From Callorhinchus milii (Eukaryota): a DNA stretch of 64,000 nucleotides. A program made the position numbers and the translations under genes. Of this stretch, positions 38,240-51,712 are shown one piece after another. Where the stretch lies: positions 107,262,001 through 107,326,000 of the forward strand of contig NW_024704743.1 in assembly GCF_018977255.1 (NCBI RefSeq), given 5' to 3'. Positions within the stretch are counted from its first letter, which is position 1. Each line of letters opens with the position of its first letter. A model generated the notes under the pieces. The model did no database searches. It was not told the origin of the DNA and worked only from the letters and a program-made list of their open reading frames with translations.

Positions 38240-38385
38240 GGGGAAAAAATCCACCCAAGTCTAGATTTACTCTATTTGCATGGGATTTGAGAAAATTCCA
38301 GAATTTGGTATATTGTTGAATTCAGTTCTTAACTTTGAAATCAGTTTCTGCAGTTCTTAAAAGAAACTTCCAGAAAACCAGATAC
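38240..38385. mobile_element. Half copy of the palindromic MITE-like family
   Basis: aaatccacccaagtctagatttactctatttg...ttgttgaattcagttcttaactttgaa matches 28927-29020. Confidence 0.75.
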
Positions 38386-38599
38386 TATTTTCACCCCTTT
38401 CTGCAATGTACGAAATAGTTATCAAACTAACATGACACAATTTGTCCAATCTAAATTTTATATTCCCTTGAGAAGAGGTCCCCAAGCATGTTTTCTACCT
38501 ACCCTTTCTAGAGTTCAATAGTTTAACATGAAGTTGAATTCTGCTGTTGTGGGCCAGGATGCACAGTGTGGGTTACATGTTTACAATTCAGATGAAAGG

Positions 38600-38952
38600 A
38601 AATTATTTCCCTTTTGAGACTGCAGTATCGAGACTCCCTCACCCACCAAGGAACTGATGATACATGATAGGGCTCCCACATTCTAAATATTTTGCAAACC
38701 GGTTTCCATTGCTCTCTGAGGCTATGACCTTACAGAGAATTAGCTCCTCCCCATTACACACCCGACTTGATCGATAACCTCAGGACAAATGAGATGAATT
38801 GGTTTCAAAGACTGGAGCATGTTTATGGATGCACAGAAACCGACATTGAGTCAGGGTACCTTCTTGAAGAGAGTATGGTTATGGCACATGTCTCTGGAGT
38901 AAGAGACCTGCATCTCTCACTTGTAGACAATGCCTCAAGTTAATCAAGAGTG
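38600..38952 (+). mobile_element. Ancient RTE-clade LINE C-terminal remnant
   Basis: LRTNEMNWF..HV and KRPASLTCRQCLKLIK resemble LR..RL.WFGHV / GRP.LR..D.LK. Confidence 0.35.
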
Positions 38953-41199
38953 CTGTAACCATTAAAGTGGTCCAAGCAAGCAACGTTTGGAATTTATTCC
39001 ATGTTTGGAATTTATTCCAGCATTCTCTCTTCTTTTTATTTACAAAATATATTATATGTCAAGTCAGGTTGGTCTTTCAGAGGCAACAGGATAAACAAAC
39101 TCTTCAAACTGCAGTTCTGCAAATTCTTGTAAAAATGTCATCAATAAAATAATGTGCAAACACTGAAATATGATTAAACCTCATCAGAAGCCATCCAGTT
39201 CATTATTTATTTAAGCTGTTTAACCACTGCTTTCACATATGCAAACCTAGAAATATCGCTGCTTTTACAAATTTACCTCACATTTGGGGAGCAAGGAGAA
39301 ATAAATTGCATATATGTTGAAAATGGAAATATCTGGAAGTAAACAAGCCATAAAGCAAACTGATATGTAATGATCACTCCCAAAATTGAATTTGCATAGT
39401 TCACAGAAAGTAATATCAAAGCCAACATCATTAATCTATTGTGACAGGTCATATGATGCTATAACAAATACTACAGTTCTGCTCCAATGACCATCTGCAC
39501 AAGATAACAACTGGTGCCTTTTCATATCTGAAAGAAAAAAATGGATTTTAATTTAAACAAGGTTGGATGATAATATCACCTCTCCTGTAGCAATTTGCAG
39601 CTTGGAACCAATTTCCTAACCATAGTTTTCTTCTTCTATTCTTCATTAAATGCCAATTTGCTTTGCTTTATTGTCCCTCCGTATTTCTGTAATTGTAAAA
39701 GTCGTGGCCTACAAATTCCTCCTTATGCTTTTCAAAACACTTAAAAATACATTAGCAAACAAACAAAGAATGATCATTTATAACTACAGTAGCTCCATAT
39801 TATGCTCTTCCCACTCTGGTTTCTAAAATGGCACTAAGACAAAAATCCCCTTTGTTTCCTGGAACGGATAAAACTGTTACCCCAGCTTTAACCCACAATA
39901 AAAAAAAACCTGAGCGCAGGTCTTCAATATGGGACTTAAAATTTCACATTTTCAATAAAATTGGAATTGTACATCAAATCGATGCTCTAAGCAGAAATGC
40001 ATTTTTCACACATTTACCATGACTCAGGAGCTTAACAATTGTAAATTAATATTCCCATCTTCGCGGCATCAGTAACCAACAACATTAACCTGCCCACTTT
40101 CATATTCTCAGACATGACAATACTATTGTGTACTGAGCTCCGTTTCCGCCTATTCAATAAAAGATGATGTCCAGTTGATTTGAAACGAGCTACAGTGTGC
40201 TAGAATTCATGAATAGCAATTCTTTTTAAAGTGCAATCCCTCAGTGTTTTTGTGGCTTTTATTATGCTAAAACGTAAATACTCACACAAAAAAAGCCTGA
40301 CAATTCTTTACAAAGAACGGGCCAAGTTGAAAGTTAGGTTTGCACCGTGTCTCTGGGTCCCTCTTTGAAACTTGTTTCAGGAAACACAGGGTGAGCCAGA
40401 CACTTCCTCTATGAAACATTTCAAGATGAAAATAAAAAAGATCCTATGAACTTCTCGCATAATTCCAAATAATTAAAAAGAATGTAAAATAAATCAACAA
40501 GCACTTCAAAGAAGAAGTTTTCTATTTATGGAGTATTTTGGTCTGGCGAGATTGGTAACTCAACTGTTCGGAGAAGTGTACAGTTTCAAATAACTATCAA
40601 ATCAAATTTCTGTCAAAGGCAAGTCTGACATGAACACCAGAAGATTATCTGACTAGAACTGACCCACGTCCAGTCTAGTAAAATCTTCTCAAGCCCGAAG
40701 CTTAACTAAATTAACCTTTTGCTGAGAGCACAGTGAAATGTGGTGCAACCTAACATACATGCTCTCGATCATGGAAATGTTTGAATCTGTAAGGTTGGCA
40801 TTTCCCTATAATTTAATATAATAGAATTATTTGTGACAGTTTAATGACCTAGTTATACATACAACTGATTTGCATATGTCACCACAATGGATTTTACTTA
40901 TTTTTTCTTCTTCTTCTGAGTCTGCTGATGACATTTAAATGGCAGCTGACACTGTAAACCGACTTTTCCACACTCTTCATAATCACATTAGCAGTGCTGC
41001 TTCAAAATCCGTGCATCAATACAGAACACAAGACAATAAATGTGGGGAATAACCTGCAGCACAAGATAATATGATTTCTTAATAAGGGAACCAAATGGTC
41101 AAGTGGGGATTATTCCTGGGAACCAAAAGTACGTCTCACCATCCCATTGGAACTGTACTCCGAAACAATCTGCTTAAGAAACAGAGATCACCTGGTTCA

Positions 41200-41490
41200 T
41201 CAGGAATTTTACGGAATCTTATGAAGCAATACCACAAATCACTGAAGTTCATATCTAGAAAGAACATGTAGGTCATTTGATTTTGCAATAAAAAAGGAAA
41301 GGCAACTTATTGAAGGGTTATATGCGCCATGAATGAAATACAATACGTACAACTAATTGGTTTGAAAAAGATAGCAGGAAAGAGAGATAAGTCAAGAAGT
41401 GGGTGGATATGTTGTTTGAGAAAGGGTAGACAGAGAGATCAGTTTGTGATCTTAAAGATCTGGGAAATAATGAATCAGGATGGAAGTGGA
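41200..41490 (+). mobile_element. Ancient RTE-clade LINE 3' remnant
   Basis: HVGH...LIEG...IAGKRDKSRSGWI resembles GH..R...IEG...GKR.RGR.R..W. Confidence 0.45.
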
Positions 41491-42240
41491 ATAAATTTTG
41501 ATTGCACTGTCTTTGGACGTCCTCCATTGCCTTGGGACATCCTCCCAATGTGATAGACACCATAAAAATTTAATTTGTTGCTATTATTGATGATTGCAAT
41601 GAAGTGAAGCGGTGGAAGAACACATTTGAGATCTGGGAAGAACAAAACTATAAAAATTGGTAGAAGAGTGTCATGGTGGTGCTGACAAAATGGAAAGAAA
41701 AGGAGAGAAGGGTTGTAACAGAGAGTAAGATGATGGAGGCTAGCGGTGAAAGAGAAAAGGTTACCTATCAGACATTTACCGTGCAAAGTCCAAGAGAGAG
41801 GAGCTTCCAAAATAGCAGAACATTGTTCAAGTCTTGGACAAACTTTCGAGAGAATTTGAGAGATGTGGAGGAGCAAATAAATACTTGATATGAAAGAGGA
41901 AAACAAGCATCTTCAAAGCTGGTTTAGTGATAGTAATCTAATCTTATTACTAATAGAGATTAAAATACTGGATTATTATTGTGTTGTATTATTAATAATA
42001 ATCTTTCCATTTGACATAGCATCTTATTATATTGTTGAGATGCCTTAAATAGCTTGACAGGATTTTATTGTGAAATGTAGTTCTTGAATATTCGTTGGTG
42101 AACATGTCATCCAATTTGCATACAACTATGTCCCACAAGCAACCATGATGTGAATGACCAATTTTTATTTGGGGATCATGAAGAATAACGATTTACACAA
42201 GGTACTCATCAACGTATCAAAGAGGTTTTGAACCATAAGG

Positions 42241-43720
42241 TAACAACAACAAAATTACATTTGTAAAGCGCCTTTAGCCTTCAGGAGGACATTCCAAGGC
42301 ACTGGACACTGAGTGTTTTGGACCCAAGCTGGGGTTGGGATCAGGGAGGGTGGACGACTGGTCGGGAAAGAAGGGTGATTGAAGGCATGGTCAAAGAGGA
42401 GGGTCTTGAGATTTGTCTTGAAGGAGGCAAAGGAGGGGCTGAGGCGGAGGGACTGCAGGATGGAGTTCCAGAGGATGGGGGACTGAAGGTCCGCCCGTTT
42501 ATGGTGGGGCAGGCGAGGTGGGGGACATGAAGCAGGCCAGAGCCCGATAAGGGGAGCGAGTGGACAGGTTGGTATGGGTTTAGAAAGTAGCAAAGCTAGG
42601 GGGGAGGAAGGCCATGGAGGGCTTTGAAGGTGAGGCCAGGATCTTGATCCTCTGTGTGATGGGAAGCCAGTGGAGTCAGGCGAGAATGGGGTGATAGGGT
42701 CATGGAGCCTGGTGGGGAAGAGGACATGGGCTGCAGAGGTCTGGATGATCTGCAGCCTATGGAGGGGGAGGAGAGCCTCGGTCTTGTTGACTTTCAACCA
42801 AAGAAGTTCTTATCTAGGACTTTTAGTGTCTGACAGACATTCTGTCAGGAGAACAGTGGTCCTGGAGTCAAGGGTGGAGGCAGAGAGATAGAGTTGAGCG
42901 TCATCCACAAACATGTGGAAGTTATAATAATAATCCTTGCATTTGATATAGCACTTTTCACATCTTCTCAACGTCTCAAAGCGCTTCACAGAATAGACTG
43001 TAAAGTGAATAGACTGTATATTTGTGGGCAAAATGCGGCAGCCAATTGCGCACAGTAGTGTCCCACAAACAGATTGAAATGACCAATTTATTTGTGTTTT
43101 TTTTGAGAGATTATTTTCAGGTGTGTGGAGTAAGGAATATGGTATGGCTTCACTCTGCTGGGAATCAAACCCAGTCTCTCGCTTGCAAAGCGTGTGCTCT
43201 AACCACTGAGCTACAGGACTCCTCATGTCTGCGAATGAAGTCACCAAGAGGGAGCATATAAATATTGAAACGGAGGGGACCAAGGACAGAGCCCTGAGGA
43301 ACGCCACACAAGACGGTACGGGGGCTAGAGGAGAAACCGTTTGTGGAGATGAAGTGGAGATGGTGTGAGAAGTAGGGTCTGAACCATTCAAGGACAAAAC
43401 CATGAAGGTTGAGGTGAGGCAGTGGAGGAGGATCAAGTAGTCAACGATATTGAAGGCAGCAGAGAGGTCAAGGAGGATGAGGAGGCAAAAGGAGCCTTGG
43501 CCGCAGTTGGAGAAAATGTTATCTGTCACTTTGACTACTGCTGTTTTTGTGCTGTGGGTGGCATGGAAACCTGATTGGAGGGGTTTGTGAGGGGAGTGGC
43601 GGGAGAGGAAGGGCAAAGCTTGGAAGCAACGACTTGTTCCAGGACCTTGGAGAGGAAAGGGAGGTTGGCGATTGGGCGGTAGTTTGAGAGCAGGGATGAG
43701 TCCAGCGAGAGTTTTTTAAG
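42241..43720 (-). mobile_element. L2 LINE RT pseudogene with an internal deletion and a nested SINE
   Basis: NYRPIANLPFLSKVLEQVV; LQSGFHATHSTKTAVVKV; LLDLSAAF; FHMFVDDAQLYLS; (TTG)n tail; lacks about 280 bp near 42775 relative to 12690-12960. Confidence 0.95.
42923..43222 (-). mobile_element. Full-length tRNA-Ala SINE nested in L2
   Basis: Homologous to 47033-47360; L2 sequence is continuous on both sides (compare 13105-13130). Confidence 0.92.
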
Positions 43721-46700
43721 CATAGAGATAAGGATAACGTATTAGAAGTTCACGGTACGAAATGCTGTCAAAGGGTTTGGATGGGTAAAGTAGCTGACAA
43801 GTGAATTTTTATTAAGAGTCAAGTTCCAGAGATTCAGAATACAAGCAAGAAGATTATTAATGGAGTTGCTGAGCCAAAACCCATTTTGGCAATTGTGGTT
43901 AGGGCCAAAATTTTCAAGTGCTGGATGATTTGAGAATTCTGAACCCAATTTGAGGAAGGACACTTTTTAATGGTAATAATAGAAAGCCATATAGATCGGA
44001 AGACAAAAGTCATTTATATCACAGTTGAATGAATGTGGTATAGAAATAATGTTATAATAATACACCTTGCAATTCATACAGCATATTATCACGTCATCAA
44101 GATGTCTCAAAGCACTTCACAGGATTTACTGTGAAGTACAGAAACTGTGTATCATGTAGGTTCAAGGGAATAAGCCTCTTTGGAAACATCTACATCACAT
44201 TACAAATTATTCTGTTAAATTGCAAAAATAATGATTAAGAACATTTGACTGCAAAGAATTAGTACAAAGAAAATAATGCCACTGCTTTGAATAGTTTGCT
44301 AATGTAAAAGTATATTGGATTAAATTTCTTTTACAGCAAAGCTTGAGTAACAAAAATCACTACAAACTGAATTACAATGTAAGCTTATCAATGACATGCA
44401 CGTTAGTGATAACTGATAACCTACTAATAACTCAGTTCAATGCCAGCCAAACTTAATATTTTATGGCACAGCACTCAAGTTGTACAGTAAAAGAAATTAC
44501 AATAATCATTTCACCATTTAGACTTTTTTCAACCAAATGAAAAAAATGTTCACAGAAACAGCCAGCAGGTGTTGCTTCCTAAAAGGATTACGTTTTTTAA
44601 AATGTGGTTGCAATTTTCTGTTAGTACTTTTGTGTGTAATGAAAGACAGACAACAAAGAGGTAGGGCCTCAAGGTTCTCCGTGGAATTCAGCCAAAAAGA
44701 AAAGAAAAGGCTGGTATTTCAGCCATTGTACTCATTCCTAAAGCACATTGCCAACTCATCTTCCAGCCCATTATATGAAATTTAATTTAACCTGCTATGC
44801 AATTAATTCAGATGTTCAGCTTATTTTTCTCATGGCAGAATCCCTCACACAATGCCTTATTTAAATATTAATCAGTCCGCTTTCAATTAGGACTAATTTG
44901 CTTCACAGGGTTCCTCTCATCTTATGATTGCAGGAAAATGGAGGTAACTTGCAGCGTTTGAGCATAATTAACATGGTATTTTTATAATACTGATATATCA
45001 AATGGGACCCTAATGAACCCTGCTGATTTCATTTAGTAAAGTCTGCCTCAAAGTTATAATCAAGACGAAAGCTGTTGCCATCTGTTTAAATTGCTAAAGA
45101 ACATAGTTGAAAAGACAGAATCACTGCATCCTCATATACCTCTCTTCTTTAGTATGCTACACAGGATTCTTACATATTGACGTGACATGAACCTTTTCAT
45201 ATTACTTCAAACTGTTCCTAATTTTAAATTTACATAGGGAAACATTCATTCTCGTTGTTGGTAACAAATGAAAATTAGTGAGCATTTGCACATTAACCTC
45301 TTCATATCATGTTCCATCTGCGGCAGTGCAATGCAGGTCAGAGTTCATGCTTTTCTATTTAGAATTTGCCTTGTGTGCCTCCTAGGAAACCAATAAAATC
45401 ATGTGACCGAAGCAGTGCAAGGTTTCGGAATAAATTTTCTGAAATAACCAATAAGCTATAAGAAGGAACATTCCTTCTCCCACATAATAAGGCTATGCTT
45501 TTCTTGTGTAAATCAGAAGAATTGAGATCCTTTTACATAATGCATTTTTTGCAGAATAATGCCTCAGCTTTGGGCATTCCCATAGATGAATTCCAGGCAA
45601 AAAAAAAAAGCTGGTTGCCGAATGCAATGCCATAGATTTCATGAACCAATCTAGGTTTGTCATTAAGCATTTTGACCACTAAACTAAAGCTGATGATTTC
45701 TATCTGATGTACTGAAATATGCTTTCCTTCAGCAATGTAATATTGCTGGCTTAGATTATTTTCTGGTACACTTTGAGGAATGAAGTGTAGGTGCAAGTCT
45801 ACACTCCATTGACTTTGCCAATTTTATGAGTTAAACGAAGTGTGCAGAAACATCTACTGAACAGAACATCAGTGATATATATTTCCTGAATGACCATTTA
45901 CTTAGACCCGGTGACACAACAGTCACATATGCTGGATGAGTAACTGCATTTGCGATTGAGATGATATTAAGATTATATTTTCGGGCAGCAATATACAGCA
46001 TTAGTCTTAAAGGCATTTATTTTTTGATACTCAAGTCACAATACCTTCAAGAAATGGCATCAATCATTCCACTGCCTGATGTACAGTAACTTAAAATAAG
46101 CTGTTTTATCTACCGATCAGTCTGCAAGTCCAGGCATTTGCACAATCTAGAGATTTTATTAACCGACGGAGAAGCAAAATAACAGCACAAGGTTACAGTT
46201 GTTTGAAAATGAAGATTAATAATCATCCTTTTGCTTTAAATTGGATATCCATTTCAATTTTTAGAAGAATATTTTGGAGGTGGGGGCCAGGGAAGCAATA
46301 CAATGTTCCACAGAAAATGAATTAAATCAATGTACAATATAGCCTTTGACCTACAAGTCTATTGGGATCTTAAGTTTTCTGTGGTACATCCTTACACTGT
46401 TTTCTTATGAAAGACGACATTCACCATGAATACTTTGGAAATTCACATCATTTCTAAAGATATTTCAATGTTCAACACTGTCAATACTGTAAAAAATGAC
46501 AATAGTGGTGTCATTGCTTTTGAGATACTCTGTTAAAACTGATTCAGTCTTTACCCAGGAACTAAATCAACTATAACCATTACTGCAGTTTGTACAAATG
46601 GTCACAGTCCAGTATGTCCTCATCTTCCGAAATATTCTTCTAGCACAAAGATTGAAGTACTGTGGTGTGACCATCATTACCTACACCCACATTGCATGCA

Positions 46701-47032
46701 GTTTGAAATGAACAAAAATTTACATGTGGTTTGGAAGGAAGCAGATCACCACCCTAACAACTCAGAAAATAATTATTTTTTTTCCAGTGTGAATTTGCAC
46801 TTTGGCTATGACATCCTCATAGCGCACACTCTAAACTAAGACCAGTCCTTACAAAACTGTTACTGTTTCCTTCTCATTGACTAGTTATTCCAAACGCTTT
46901 CTCAATGTGGCACTAAAACCTATAGGATCAAATGATAGCAGAAGAGGCAAGTACTAAAGCCATTTATTTGGTTGAATCCAGTCCAGTCGAATGTCCAGCA
47001 GCACAGATTCACGTTGGTTTCATTACTGCTGT

Positions 47033-47360
47033 TAATAATAATAATAATAATCCTTGCATTTGATATAGCGCTTTTCACGTCGGGAGGACGTCCCAAAGCG
47101 CTTCACAGAACACACTGTAAAGTGAATTGACTGTATATTTGTGGGCGAACGCGGCAGCCAATTGCGCACAGCAATGTCCCACAAACAGTCGTGGATCGAA
47201 AATGACCAATTTATTATTGTTTTTGTTTTTGGAGGGATTATTATTAGGCTCTGTGTGGAGTAAGGAAACTTGCCCAAGGTTTCGCCCTCTGCCTGGAATT
47301 GAACTCAGGTCTCTCACTTGCAAAAGCGAGTGCTCTAACCACTGAGCTACAGGACTCCAC
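47033..47360 (-). mobile_element. Full-length tRNA-Ala-derived SINE (young)
   Basis: gtggagtcctgtagctcagtggttagagcactcgc..tgcaagtgagagacctgagttcaattcc; CpGs retained; (TTA)n tail. Confidence 0.93.
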
Positions 47361-49489
47361 AAAGTACTCCACTGTTAGTCTCCACTGTTGTAAAGTATCT
47401 AACAATGCGAGTTAGTTCTTCTTGTCAACCTTACCATGTTATAATGAGACATATTTATGAGAAAAAGTGGGACACAACCTAGAAATGTACTGAAGCTAGC
47501 AATAGTAAATCATTTTAAGGATATGTAATAGCTGCACAAGAAAATCTCTGTTATTTTTGCTTTTCTCCTTCCATACAGCTGCTTTCGCATGTGAAAAATG
47601 GAGCCTCAAGCTACTGAATATTTTAAGATGTACTGTGCTATACTACATTTAATATATTTTATCCACATTATTTTAGATTAATCATTTGCTTTTTTGTACC
47701 TGGAGTTTTCAGCATTAAATGTCTTACAAGTCACACTGACCCGAATTAGAGATGCTGTCTTTAGAAAAGCACATGCAGTAAACAGGGGCACTACTTCAAG
47801 ATAAATAATCTCCTGTCACAGGAGATCACACAGTTACAAATTACTCATTCATTTCATAAACATTAATTATTTGTTCCGATTTGATATTGTTCTCACTAGC
47901 TCTGAACTTACGTAAATTGGGATAAAGTAACATCAAACAGAGTTCATAAATCTCTCCAATATTTGGTATTTCATAAAATGCTTTATTGGTGGCCCTTAGG
48001 CTTTGTCTTCAATTTTCTTGGAGGGGGGCCAGCAGTAAGAAATTTGGAGTGAGTCAGCACAGTAGTATTTTTCATTCCTTCCTGGTTCTGGTACAATAAC
48101 TAACATGTCACACTGCTAATTTATTATCAGTGTATTTTATAATAAATCCCAGAAGGCAAGTCACCTTTTATCCCTGAACCCTCCAGAAAATACACATGTG
48201 TGTGTGTATTTGCTGCAGGGGTACTCTTAGACTAACTAACCTGCCCTCCAAGACAATATTTCCTCTCCGGATCTTCAATCAATAAATATTAATTCACCAT
48301 TCAATAAAAAGTGAAAACAAATATTAACCGCAAAGTTTACGCTCCAATGCATTGTTTTAAAACAAACAATTTCCTCCAGCTATGTCTGTCAAGTAAACAG
48401 TACAATGGTGATGAGGCCATGTTTCCTCTCCAAAGCTTAAAACCTGTGTTTTTTCTAGCAACAGGCTTGTTGCATCAGCAGATGGCTCTGAGGGCCAGAG
48501 GGTTGATTTATCTTCAAAATAAAGATGACACAGTAGAGCTTCTATTATGTCTCTCACTGTGTAGGAGGGAATGAACATGTGGCTATGTATCCAGTTCATC
48601 TCTCAGTTAGCAATAGCTAACTTTAAACACTTTCTGTATTTTGTCAGGACTCAAATTGGTCATCAATTAGCCTGACAGCGTAGTAAACTGAAAATGTGTC
48701 CGACGTGTACCCTGTAATTAATTCAAACAGTGAATTGCACTCACTGGTCAGGACGGTTTAGATCTGAATATCCATTAAACATTTTCAACCCCAAGCACCA
48801 ATTGTTAGATTGAATATTCAGAATTTTAAACTTATTACAAGAATAAGATATTACAGGGCAGCTCCTTCATTAATATTGTACTATATTGTAACCTTGTGGT
48901 GCTCCATACAATCTGACTCCTGGAACGCTCACAACACAAAAAAGTACATAAAAGAAATACAATACAAAATTACATTTGTATGGCACCTTTCACATTGGGA
49001 GGATGTGCTGGACAGTCAGGATTTTTTTCCTTAAAATAAATTAAGGAAGAATAGAACAGAAAATGACATTCTGCTCACTCTTTGTACAACTTACCTGTTC
49101 ATATAAATTGTATCAAAAGGTACCAAAAGGTGGAGTGGAAAAATAACTTTTCCACTCCACCTTTTAATCTCCTGAAAGAAATTTCAATAAATAAATTATA
49201 ATAATAGTAATAATAATTTCAAAATAAATACCAAAATAAATACTCCTAGATTCCCAACAGTAACTAGAATAATAGTAAGACTAGCTTACTATTCAACTCT
49301 GAACCCGCAAATGCCAGGCCCTTCTCCCCACAAAGACTCAATACCACAGTTGATTCCTACAAAGAAAACAAAGAAGGCACGTGTGAAGTATATGGTTTAG
49401 TCTAGATTTACACCTAGAAGCTTTAATTCGGTTTCCGGATAAAAAAAAATTGGAGCTTCTTATTGAAACAGTTATCAATACAACATTAA

Positions 49490-49930
49490 CTGCTTATGCT
49501 TGTGCTCATTCCACATTTCTCTACCATGTGGAAGAAAAAATAACTTTTCTTTGTTCTAATTTGAAGGCTGACCATCTTGTTTCTGAGTCATCTAATAGTG
49601 AACTTAAATTTCCAAGTTAAATTGTTTCCTGACATCTACTCATCCATGTCTCTCAGCATTTAATACAAATATTTAATGGTTCAAATTCAGCTTTGCATGT
49701 CTCTCCTCTTCACTTAAGAGAAATAAAGATGGGATAATTATCACATTGAATATGTTATGAAATGTTACATTCTTCACTTCTACAATATTCCACAGGTGGC
49801 CTCAACATTGATCTATAAAACACTAGAATAATTTGTTTTAATTTATAATCTAAATTGATGCACTATTTTGTTGGTTTCATTGAGAACAGCTTTGAATTGA
49901 TCAACAATCTTACTCGTCTACTACCTTACA
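49490..49930 (-). mobile_element. Old CR1 fragment
   Basis: cattccacatttctctaccatgtggaagaaaaaa; tattccacaggtggcctcaacattgatctataaa (LY..L.RP.LEY on the minus strand). Confidence 0.45.
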
Positions 49931-50633
49931 ACATAGCACACCCGAAACATATGCTCAGAATTTTGTTATAGCATTTATCTACACAAAAATAAATTTGCTG
50001 AATTGACTCAGATCAATTCAAATGCCAGTTATCTCTTTCCTGGTTACATAGCTTAGTTATCAAAACCACCTTTTCATGTTATTAAAAATACCTTCTCTAA
50101 TTCATACAAATACATTGTGAATAATATTGTGTAAGAAATGTATTAGAGTGTTTGCAGTCTCTGGTGAATCATAATAAAAAACTACAAAAATGTTAAGTAT
50201 TATAGTGTCAGCTATTTACTTTGATATTTAGACCCCATGCAATGTTCATCTGTAAGGCTCTGTCTTCTAAACTATTTCAATGCAATCTGATGCTAATTCA
50301 TTGTATTGTATTATATGAAAGACAAGAATGAAGGCTTTTGTGCACAAATTTACCTTATCTAATTTCCACTCATAGATAGTACCAGGACCACAACTTAGCA
50401 ATATTTTAAGGCCTTTTTATCTGTGTTCAACTTTCAAATAACCTTAAGGCAATTTTGACACTCAGATTGGATTACGATCATAAAACTCAGGCTAATATTC
50501 AGGACAGAGATTCAGAAGAACTGTCACACTGTTTTATGCACGTACTGTGGGAGAATGGGCGATACATACTTGCCGGATGCACTCAGCTAAAACACGACAG
50601 GCACATTTCACACTTACCTCCTCACCCCATAAC

Positions 50634-50978
50634 CTGGGCCAATAGAAAAGTGCGGCTGAACTTTTCCTGCGGAATCCGCTACAAACACTCTCCTCCTCTA
50701 CAAACCCGCTATAAATGTAGTTTTGGGCCCGCGGGCCTCCTGGCTGATTTACCTGAGTTCACTGTGGGTGGGGTGGAGCTAGAAGCGCAGGTGTGCATAG
50801 TGCGGCGCAAGCGGCAAATGAGCTTCACTTGGAGGCCCCGCTATTGTCATTGTCTGTGTGTCTCTCTGTGTGTGTTTGTGAGAGTGTATGATTGTCTGAG
50901 TGTATGCCTCTCCATATGCATTTGTGTGCGTGTGCATGTGTCTCACTCCGTTTGGGAGTGTCTGTGTGAGTATGTCTG
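50634..50978 (+). repeat. Unclassified CCAAT/TATA-containing repeat with TG/TC-rich tail
   Basis: Aligns to the reverse complement of 8640-8813, followed by a TG-rich tract like the reverse of 8218-8275. Confidence 0.75.
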
Positions 50979-51448
50979 TGGATGCACACTCCACCTAACG
51001 GAGACAGCGCTGAACCTCACTGTTTTGTTTGACTCTTTTGTTTGCCTTTAAAGCTCCCCATTGATACCTTGCTCTGATCAGCTTTCTCCACCTTCACAAC
51101 ACATTGCCCATCTCTGCCACTATCTCTCCCCTTAGGCCGCCAAGACCCTCATCCATGATTTTGTCATGTCCAGGCTTGACTACACCTGCTCACTGGACTT
51201 CCCAACTCTTTACTCAAAAAAACTGCAAACCATTCAGAACTTTACAGCTCCTGTCCTTTAACACATGAAGCACTCTTCCTTGCTTCCTTCAAAGTCCGTC
51301 TCAACACTTTCCTCATGGACCACACCTTCAATCATTTTCCCACCCCTCCAAAATCCAACGACAGCTCAGGTTGCAAACCCTCAACTAGAACCTCGGGACA
51401 TCCTTCCGACATAAAAGGCACTAAATAAATGCAATTTGTTGTTGTTGT
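50979..51448 (+). mobile_element. L2 3' fragment with internal deletions
   Basis: ggatgcacactccacct...gccaagaccctcatccatg...aggcttgactacac...aaaggcactaaataaatgcaatttgttgttgttg. Confidence 0.85.
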
Positions 51449-51449
51449 A

Positions 51450-51712
51450 GGTGACTGTATTTTTAGGTGAATCTGGTAACCAACCTCACGCCTAGCACTG
51501 CCCACAAACAGCCACAAAGTGAATGACCAATTTTAGCTGGGAGATTGTTGATCGAGTTGCCAGGACAAAATGCTCTGTTTGTTCAGATAGTGACATGGTG
51601 TCATTAATGCCCTCCAGAGCAGGCAGACAGGACTTCATTTTTATTGTCTCATCCAAAGGATGGCACCTCTGACAAGACAGCAATCCCCCAATACTGCATT
51701 GAAGTGTCAGTA
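51450..51712 (-). mobile_element. Deu-domain SINE fragment
   Basis: gtctcatccaaaggatggcacctctgacaag..caatactgcattgaagtgtcag is the reverse of the Deu core. Confidence 0.75.

Noticed and set aside
50455..51051. 198-aa ORF as a gene
   Set aside because: Runs through a dispersed repeat, a TG microsatellite and an L2 fragment; low complexity and no domain.
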